Assembly (NCBI GenBank): GCA_045540515.1
Contig: JAZQHJ010000078.1
Span: 1-57,546 of the forward strand
Length of the DNA: 57,546 nucleotides
Source: Eubacteriales bacterium
GTDB lineage: Bacteria; Bacillota; Clostridia; Oscillospirales; CAG-272
Direction: 5' to 3'
Numbering within the stretch: the first letter of the stretch is position 1; the number at the start of each line of letters is the position of its first letter. A model generated the notes under the pieces. That model saw only the letters and a program-made list of their open reading frames with translations, was not told the origin of the DNA and made no database searches. The translations under genes and the position numbers were made by a program. This document shows positions 50,978 to 57,546 of the stretch, in pieces.

Positions 50978-52399
50978 ATGGCATATGAATTAGTAATCGG
51001 CCTTGAAACTCACGTTGAACTTAACACAGAATCTAAGATTTTCTGCTCTTGTGGCGGACACTCAAGTCCAAAAGAGCCTAACGACTGTGTGTGCCCTGCG
51101 TGCTGTGGTATGCCGGGTATGCTACCTGTTATGAACAAGCGTGTTGTTGAGCTTGCAGCTACAGCAGGACTTATGCTAAACTGCGAGATTAACCGCTACA
51201 CTACATTTGATAAGAAAAACTACTACTATCCTGACCTGCCTTGTGCTTATCAGATTACTCAGCTAAACCACCCTATATGCACAAACGGCTGTGTGTCTGT
51301 AAAAACATCAAACGGTGTGCGTGATATTCGCATCAAGCAGATTCATATGGAAGAAGACGCAGGCAAGCTTGTACACGGTGGTAACTCATCATATGTTGAC
51401 TTTAACCGTACAAGTGTACCGCTTATCGAAATCGTAACTCAGCCTGATTTCCGAAGTGCTGAGGAGGTTGTAACCTATCTCTCAAAGCTCAAGTCTATGT
51501 TTGTATCAAGCGGTATCTCTGAGTGTGAAGAAGGCGCTATGCGCTGTGATGTCAACATCTCTGTAAGAGAAGAAGGCTCTGAGGAGTTTGGTGTACGTAC
51601 TGAGATTAAGAACATGAGCTCGTTTGAGGCTATTGAGCGTGCTATCAAGTACGAGTCACAAAGACATATGGATGCTATCGAGTTTCAGACAGAGGAGCTT
51701 GTGCAGGAGACTCGCCGTTTTGATGATGTATCAGGCAAGACCTTTGCTATGCGCAACAAAGAGACCGAGGCAGACTACAGATACTTCCCTGACCCTAACC
51801 TGATGCCTATCATCATTGATGACGAATGGTTAGAGCAGATTAAGGCTAACAAGCCTGTGGCTCTCGATGAAAAAGCAGAGGAATACTCAAACGCAGGCAT
51901 TTCTGACAAAGAAATCGCTATGCTCATGAGCGAGCACAAGATTTCAAAGCTACTTGATGATGTAGTAGCTCTTGGTTGCAATGCAAAGGACGCTGCTGCG
52001 TGGATACTGACAGACTGTGCAGGCATACTAAGAAAAGCAGGGCTCAAGCTAAAAGACCTGAGCATATCTGCAGACGGACTTGCATATCTCATCAAAAAGG
52101 TTGAACAGGGCAAGCTAAACCGTGGTGCTGCTAAGAAGACACTTATTGCAGTTATCGAGCAGGGTGCTGACCCAGAGAAGTTTGTTGAAGAAAACGGTTT
52201 TCTCGCAGAAATTGATGACAGTATAATTATGTCTGTCATCGATAAGGCTATAGAGAGCAACCCTCAGGCTGTAGAAGACTACAAAGCAGGCAAAGAAAAA
52301 GCCCTGATGGCGATATTCGGTGCTTGTATGAAAGAGCTAAAAGGCAGCGGTGACCCACAGACTATCCGCACAATGCTCATAGAAAAATTAAAAGGCTAA
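50978..52399 (+). CDS. gatB: Asp/Glu-tRNA amidotransferase subunit B
   Basis: MAYELVIGLETHVELNTESKIFCSC at the N-terminus, full length 473 aa, with a C-terminal YqeY-like tail. Confidence 0.9.
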   Translation: MAYELVIGLETHVELNTESKIFCSCGGHSSPKEPNDCVCPACCGMPGMLPVMNKRVVELAATAGLMLNCEINRYTTFDKKNYYYPDLPCAYQITQLNHPICTNGCVSVKTSNGVRDIRIKQIHMEEDAGKLVHGGNSSYVDFNRTSVPLIEIVTQPDFRSAEEVVTYLSKLKSMFVSSGISECEEGAMRCDVNISVREEGSEEFGVRTEIKNMSSFEAIERAIKYESQRHMDAIEFQTEELVQETRRFDDVSGKTFAMRNKETEADYRYFPDPNLMPIIIDDEWLEQIKANKPVALDEKAEEYSNAGISDKEIAMLMSEHKISKLLDDVVALGCNAKDAAAWILTDCAGILRKAGLKLKDLSISADGLAYLIKKVEQGKLNRGAAKKTLIAVIEQGADPEKFVEENGFLAEIDDSIIMSVIDKAIESNPQAVEDYKAGKEKALMAIFGACMKELKGSGDPQTIRTMLIEKLKG

Positions 52400-52424
52400 T
52401 CAGTTATTGCTGATAAAAACTAAA

Positions 52425-52456
52425 CCGTCACGGGTAGAACACCTGTGACGGTTTTT
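52425..52456. terminator. Terminator between convergent gatB and the ACT gene
   Basis: CCGTCACGGGT-agaac-ACCTGTGACGG followed by TTTTT. Confidence 0.75.
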
Positions 52457-52478
52457 GTATATCTCTGTCAATATTCAA

Positions 52479-52910
52479 TTACAGTTTGTTGATATCTGCA
52501 TCTGTAATCATATGGAAGCCTGCTCTCTCAAGCTCGCACTCTGCCTGTGCGTTATCTGCAACTCTAAGCACTACATATGCGTGCTTCTCAGTACGAGCCA
52601 TAAACGCGTACAGATACTCCATATTAATATGAGCATTATCAAGCACCTTCAGAGCAGTTGAGAGTTTGCCCGGCTGGTCGCCGATTTTGACACCGACTAC
52701 ATCTGTTACTTTGATGAGATAACCCTCGTCTGCAAGTATCTTGCAGGCTGTATCATTATCATTGACAATAAGTCTTAGGATACCGAACTCCTCTGTATCT
52801 GCTATAGAAAGAGCTCGCATATTTATGTTGTGAGCTGCAAGTGTCTCTGTAATAGATACGAGTGCGCCCTGCTTATTCTCTACAAATATATTAAGCTGTT
52901 TTATTGACAT
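52479..52910 (-). CDS. ACT-domain protein
   Basis: 143 aa with two ACT-like beta-alpha-beta-beta-alpha-beta halves (LNIFVENKQGALVSITETLA...). This is the usual partner of paaK/iorAB clusters. Confidence 0.7.
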   Translation of the reverse strand: MSIKQLNIFVENKQGALVSITETLAAHNINMRALSIADTEEFGILRLIVNDNDTACKILADEGYLIKVTDVVGVKIGDQPGKLSTALKVLDNAHINMEYLYAFMARTEKHAYVVLRVADNAQAECELERAGFHMITDADINKL

Positions 52911-52927
52911 AGTAACTCTCCTCTCTC

Positions 52928-54238
52928 TTAGTCGTGTAGCTTACGCTTGTCGATAACACGTACAGCCTTGCCCTCGCTTCTGACAATACTCTTAGGAGCG
53001 ACAAGGTGAACTGCAGGATTAATGCCAAGCATAGTCTTCATAGCGTTAGCGAGTGACTTCTCCTGAGCTGTCACACCGCTGACGGTATCACTAAACTGCT
53101 CAGGTGACATCTCGACATTGACATCAAAGGTGTCGGTGTTGCCCTTGCGGTCAACAATAATCTGATAGTTAGGCTGATAGCCCTCCTGCAAGAGTACAGT
53201 CTCTATTTGACTTGGGAATACGTTGACACCACGGATAATCATCATATCGTCACTTCTGCCCATAGGCTTGCTCATCTTGATATGAGTACGGCCACATGAG
53301 CAAGGCTTGCGTGTAAGCACGCAGATGTCACGAGTACGATAACGAAGTAGTGGAAACGCCTCTTTGTCAAGAGAAGTGAACACAAGTTCACCCTTGCTAC
53401 CCTCCGGCAAAACCTCGCCAGTCTCAGGGTCAATAATCTCTGCAAGGAAGTGGTCTTCATTGATGTGCATACCTGTCTGCTCACAGCACTCAAAGGATAC
53501 ACCCGGACCTGTAGTCTCAGTAAGTCCATAGATATCATACGCTTTGATACCGAGTGTCTTCTCGATACCTCTGCGCATCTCCTCTGTCCATGGCTCTGCA
53601 CCAAAGATACCAGCCTTGAGCGGAATAGTATCAGGAGTATAGCCTTTCTCCTGCAGAGTCTCGCCGATATATGCGGCATAAGAAGGAGTACAACAAAGTA
53701 TAGTAGCGTTTAAGTCCATCATAAACTGAATCTGACGCTCTGTGTTACCTGAACTCATAGGAAGTGTCAGACAGCCTACCTTGTGCGAACCGCCGTTGAG
53801 ACCCGGTCCACCAGTAAAAAGTCCATAGCCATATGCTACCTGACATACATCCTCGTTTGTACCACCTGCAGCCATAATAGCACGAGCACAGCAGTCCTCC
53901 CACAGATTTATGTCATTCTGAGTATAGAATGCTACAACTCGTCTGCCTGTAGTACCAGAGGTTGACTGAATACGTACACAGTCAGACAGTGGCTTTGCGA
54001 GCAGGCCGTACGGATATGCATCACGCAAATCCGCCTTAGTCAAAAACGGTAGCTTGTGCAAATCTTCGATACCCTTGATGTCATCAGGCGTAACGCCCTT
54101 TTTGTCCATCAGGTCACGGTAGTATGGTACGTTGTCGTACACGTGTCTGACCTGTTTGACAAGCTTCTCTGACTGCAGAGCCTTTAACTGCTCGACAGGC
54201 ATAGTCTCGATTTCTTTTTGATAATAACGCTGTTCCAT
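52928..54238 (-). CDS. paaK: Phenylacetate-CoA ligase family protein
   Basis: STSGTTGRRV AMP-binding motif, YGLTE, and a 436-aa length typical of PaaK. Confidence 0.85.
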   Translation of the reverse strand: MEQRYYQKEIETMPVEQLKALQSEKLVKQVRHVYDNVPYYRDLMDKKGVTPDDIKGIEDLHKLPFLTKADLRDAYPYGLLAKPLSDCVRIQSTSGTTGRRVVAFYTQNDINLWEDCCARAIMAAGGTNEDVCQVAYGYGLFTGGPGLNGGSHKVGCLTLPMSSGNTERQIQFMMDLNATILCCTPSYAAYIGETLQEKGYTPDTIPLKAGIFGAEPWTEEMRRGIEKTLGIKAYDIYGLTETTGPGVSFECCEQTGMHINEDHFLAEIIDPETGEVLPEGSKGELVFTSLDKEAFPLLRYRTRDICVLTRKPCSCGRTHIKMSKPMGRSDDMMIIRGVNVFPSQIETVLLQEGYQPNYQIIVDRKGNTDTFDVNVEMSPEQFSDTVSGVTAQEKSLANAMKTMLGINPAVHLVAPKSIVRSEGKAVRVIDKRKLHD

Positions 54239-54275
54239 AAAATCGCCTTCTTGATATTAATTTTCCATAAAGGAA

Positions 54276-54851
54276 TTATTTGTGATTATAACCCAAGTCA
54301 AAAGCTACCTTGTTCATCTCAACAAATCTTGGTGCTACGGTGTTCTCGATAGCTCTTATCCATGACTCATAAGGAATAGAGAAATGCTTGGCAGCCATAC
54401 CCATAAGCACGATGTTGACAGCCTTTGGAGAGCCTGCCTGATTAGCAAGAGTGAGGGCATCGAGCGCCTCGATATTGACACCCTTACTTACAAGCTCTGA
54501 GAGCACGTCTGTCGGGTACTCTGCCGCACCGATAATAACAGGCATTGGGTCTATCTGCTGTGTGTTGACGACAATGAGTCCGTCTTTCTTGAGATATGGT
54601 GCATAGCGTGCAGCCTCTAACTTCTCGAAAGAAATGATTATATCAGCCTCACCCTCAGAGATAATCGGAGAGTAAACCTTTTCGCCATATCTTACATATG
54701 TAACAACAGAACCGCCACGCTGACTCATACCGTGAACTTCGCTTACCTTGACATCGTAGCCCTCGTCAAGCAGGAGTCTGCCCAGGAGTTTTGATGCAAG
54801 CAGACTACCCTGTCCGCCTACACCGACTATCATAATACTCTTAGTTTTCAT
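54276..54851 (-). CDS. iorB: Indolepyruvate:ferredoxin oxidoreductase beta subunit
   Basis: MKTKSIMIVGVGGQGSLLASK; GGAGG RBS before ATG 54851. The track's upstream start would overlap iorA. Confidence 0.8.
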   Translation of the reverse strand: MKTKSIMIVGVGGQGSLLASKLLGRLLLDEGYDVKVSEVHGMSQRGGSVVTYVRYGEKVYSPIISEGEADIIISFEKLEAARYAPYLKKDGLIVVNTQQIDPMPVIIGAAEYPTDVLSELVSKGVNIEALDALTLANQAGSPKAVNIVLMGMAAKHFSIPYESWIRAIENTVAPRFVEMNKVAFDLGYNHK

Positions 54852-54864
54852 AGTCTTGCCTCCC

Positions 54865-56589
54865 TTACACAATAGCATCGAATGCGCACAGCTGTTTGCA
54901 TACACCACAGCCTACACACAGAGTGTTGTCTATCTTAGCCTTGCCGTCTTTGAAGCTGAGTGCCGGACAACCTAAAGTCATACAACGCTTGCAGGACTTA
55001 CACTTGTCAGCATCTACGTTGAGTGACGGCTCGTGCTTGACGTACTTTAGAAGTACGCATGGTCTTCTTGAAATGATAACAGACGGTTCGTCTATTGAAA
55101 GCTCCTCTTTCACTGCATCATCACAAGCTTTCAAATCATATGGGTCTACAACACGCACACGATTAATACCGAGCGCCTTGCATAGCTGCTCAAGATCAAC
55201 CTTAGCGGCCACATCACCTTTGATGTTATAGCCTGTTGTAGGGTTTTGCTGATGGCCTGTCATACCTGTAATAGAGTTATCAAGGATAATGACAGTAGAG
55301 TTTGTTGCATTGTAAGCGACATTTACGAGACTTGTCATACCTGAATGCATAAAGGTAGAGTCACCGATAACTGCTACAGAGTGCTTTTCTGCCTCTTCTC
55401 CCCTTGCTAAGTTATGGCCGTGGAGTCCTGAGATAGATGCGCCCATACATAGAGTAGTATCAAGTGCAGAGAGCGGTGGTACAGCACCCAGAGTATAGCA
55501 ACCGATATCGCCGTATACTGTGCACTTGTTCTTTTTGAGTGTATAGAAAAGTCCACGATGAGGACAACCAGCACACATCATAGGCGGACGGTTTGGAATA
55601 ACAGAGTCAGCAGATACTGACTGTGGTAATTCTTTGTCAAAAGCGTCTTTGATAGTCTTCTGAGAGAACTCGCCTAAGATAGAGAATTTATCCTTGCCGA
55701 CAACCTCTATACCAAGTGAGCGGACATAGGTCTCGATAACAGGGTCGAGTTCTTCGATTACATATAATTTCTTGACTTTAGCTGCAAAATCTGTGATAAG
55801 CTTCTTTGGCAAAGGGTTAGGCATACCGATTTTCAGTATGCTTGCGCTATCGCCGAATACTTCCTTGACATACAGGTATGAACAGCCTGATGTAATGATA
55901 CCAATTTCGTCACTGTTGTACTCAACTGTGTTGTAGATACAGTCCTCTGCAAACTGTGCTATGTCTGCCATACGCTGTTCTACAAAAGGATGACGTTTTA
56001 TAGCATTGCCGGGCATCATAATATATTTTGCAGGGTTTTTCTCGTAATCTTTTAATACTGCAGAGGTTTTCTCTAAACACTCTACAACCGACTGGCTATG
56101 CGCAATACGAGTGCACATTCTAAGCAGTACAGGAGTATCAAATCTCTCTGACAGCTCAAACGCAGTTTTCGCAAAGGTGTATGCCTCCTGAGAGTCTGAC
56201 GGCTCAAGCATAGGCACCTTGGATGCAATAGCATAGTGGCGTGAATCCTGCTCATTCTGAGAGCTATGCATAGCAGGGTCGTCAGCTACACAGATGACCA
56301 TACCACCGTTGACACCTGTATAAGACAGAGTAAACAACGGGTCAGCAGCAACGTTGAGTCCTACGTGTTTCATAGCGCAAGCTGAGCGTGCACCTGCTAC
56401 AGATGCACCAAAAGCGACCTCACAAGCTACCTTCTCGTTAGGAGCCCACTCACTGTGTATATCGTCATATTTAGCTAAAAATTCTGTAATCTCTGTAGAC
56501 GGTGTGCCAGGATAACTCGAAACTACACCCAAGCCTCCATCATATAATCCGGCTGCTACAGCCTGATTACCTATCATAAGTTTCTTCAT
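54865..56589 (-). CDS. iorA: Indolepyruvate:ferredoxin oxidoreductase alpha subunit
   Basis: TPP-binding region (GDSTFMHSGMTSL) and C-terminal ferredoxin-type Cys clusters (CKSCKRC...C and CVGCGVC...C). Confidence 0.85.
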   Translation of the reverse strand: MKKLMIGNQAVAAGLYDGGLGVVSSYPGTPSTEITEFLAKYDDIHSEWAPNEKVACEVAFGASVAGARSACAMKHVGLNVAADPLFTLSYTGVNGGMVICVADDPAMHSSQNEQDSRHYAIASKVPMLEPSDSQEAYTFAKTAFELSERFDTPVLLRMCTRIAHSQSVVECLEKTSAVLKDYEKNPAKYIMMPGNAIKRHPFVEQRMADIAQFAEDCIYNTVEYNSDEIGIITSGCSYLYVKEVFGDSASILKIGMPNPLPKKLITDFAAKVKKLYVIEELDPVIETYVRSLGIEVVGKDKFSILGEFSQKTIKDAFDKELPQSVSADSVIPNRPPMMCAGCPHRGLFYTLKKNKCTVYGDIGCYTLGAVPPLSALDTTLCMGASISGLHGHNLARGEEAEKHSVAVIGDSTFMHSGMTSLVNVAYNATNSTVIILDNSITGMTGHQQNPTTGYNIKGDVAAKVDLEQLCKALGINRVRVVDPYDLKACDDAVKEELSIDEPSVIISRRPCVLLKYVKHEPSLNVDADKCKSCKRCMTLGCPALSFKDGKAKIDNTLCVGCGVCKQLCAFDAIV

Positions 56590-56606
56590 ATCTATAACCT
56601 CTCAAA

Positions 56607-57546
56607 TTAAGATTTGTTCTGTGAATCAACCAAACCCTCTGCTCCATAGATTTTTCTAAGCTTTGGCTTTTCGATTTTACCCGTAGGGTTACGAGGTACA
56701 TCTGCAAAAATAATACGTCTTGGACGCTTGTAGCGTGGTAGCTCAAGACAGAACTCGTTAATCTCGTCCTCTGTACAGGTCATATCCTGCTTGAGCTCAA
56801 TGATAGCTGTAGCTATCTCGCCAAGTCTTGAGTCAGGCAGACCAATAACAGCGACATCCTTTATCTTGTTGTGAGCTGAAAGGAAGTTTTCTATCTGTAC
56901 AGGATACAGGTTTTCACCGCCTGAGATGATAACATCCTTCTTTCTGTCAACAAGATAGATAAAACCGTCTTCGTCCTGCATAGCCATATCACCTGTGTAC
57001 AGCCAACCGTCTTTGAGTGTATCGGCAGTAGCCTGCTCGTCTCTGAAGTAGCAGGTCATAACACCGGGTCCTTTGAGACACAGCTCGCCTACTTCGCCTT
57101 GCTTAACCTCAACACCGTCAGGGGTTACTATCTTTACCTGCCAGCCATATCCTGGGATGCCAATAGCGCCGACCTTGTGGATATTCTCAACACCAAGGTG
57201 AACCGCACCCGGACCGATAGACTCGGACAGACCGTAGTTTGTATCGTACTGATGATCAGGAAAATACTCAAGCCATCGCTTGATAAGACTCTGTGGTACA
57301 GGCTGTGCACCTATATGCATAAGTCGCCAATTAGACAAATCATAGTCAGAAAGCTTAACCTCGCCTCTATCGAGAGCATTCAAAATATCCTGTGCCCAAG
57401 GCACTAACAACCAGACTATAGAGCATTTCTCTGTGCTTGCAGCCTCTAAGATGGTCTTTGCCTGTGTGCCCTTTAAGATAACCGCCTTGGAGCCTGACAA
57501 AAGACTACCGAACCAGTGCATCTTGGCACCTGTGTGATATAGTGGC
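56607..57546 (-). CDS. AMP-dependent acyl-CoA synthetase, C-terminal ~313 aa (partial; continues past the window end)
   Basis: The frame stays open upstream of the track's Met (...PLYHTGAKMHWFG). Motifs YGLSE, TGDMAMQDEDGFIYLVDRKKD and PRNPTGKIEK. Confidence 0.8.
   Translation of the reverse strand, partial: PLYHTGAKMHWFGSLLSGSKAVILKGTQAKTILEAASTEKCSIVWLLVPWAQDILNALDRGEVKLSDYDLSNWRLMHIGAQPVPQSLIKRWLEYFPDHQYDTNYGLSESIGPGAVHLGVENIHKVGAIGIPGYGWQVKIVTPDGVEVKQGEVGELCLKGPGVMTCYFRDEQATADTLKDGWLYTGDMAMQDEDGFIYLVDRKKDVIISGGENLYPVQIENFLSAHNKIKDVAVIGLPDSRLGEIATAIIELKQDMTCTEDEINEFCLELPRYKRPRRIIFADVPRNPTGKIEKPKLRKIYGAEGLVDSQNKS

Noticed and set aside
53272-53679. 135-aa alternative-frame ORF within paaK, with similar shadow ORFs in gatB (51775-52260), the repressor (34260-34631) and int (35705-36082)
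   Set aside because: These are shadow frames inside genes with unmistakable family motifs. They have no independent signals.

Overview
Low-GC Clostridia-type DNA. A dockerin-bearing secreted protein suggests a Ruminococcus-like (Oscillospiraceae) host. Positions 1-36414 are the right ~36 kb of an integrated temperate phage; its left end lies outside the window. Almost all phage genes are on the minus strand. Reading right to left: a lysogeny module at 33728-36314 (cro-like HTH, LexA/S24-type repressor, membrane protein, tyrosine integrase) next to a tRNA 3'-end fragment and a duplicated 16-nt att core. Then an early/replication region at 23266-32490 crowded with small Cys-rich zinc-ribbon proteins, plus SSB, a PD-(D/E)XK exonuclease, an ERCC4-type nuclease, an iteron-bearing replication organiser and a PAPS-reductase-like protein. 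Then terS, terL, portal, Prp protease, scaffold and major capsid at 16547-23218. The tail region is atypical: I cannot recognise tube, sheath or tape-measure genes. It holds a 781-aa protein, a translationally coupled 44-aa ORF, a Q/N/Y-rich 316-aa protein, one uninterrupted 3225-aa ORF (9.7 kb) with an HExxH metallopeptidase-like module, an opposite-strand membrane-protein moron, and a repeat-containing BppU-like fibre. Host chromosome follows from about 36.6 kb: a lipoprotein; an SPFH/zinc-ribbon membrane operon; the dockerin protein; a membrane-anchored LuxR-type regulator; nadE and a pncA-like gene; a T-box-controlled aspS-gatC fusion with gatA-like and gatB genes; an ACT/paaK/iorBA aromatic-acid cluster; and a partial acyl-CoA synthetase. 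The best candidates for something new are: the giant composite virion-module protein and the tail architecture around it; a promoter-to-terminator structured non-coding unit inside the immunity region (33351-33700); a 44-nt bipartite element found twice behind terminators in the late region; and the AspRS-GatC fusion paired with a GatA-like protein that appears to lack the amidase-signature GGSSGG loop. All family assignments come from reading motifs by eye; no database search was run.
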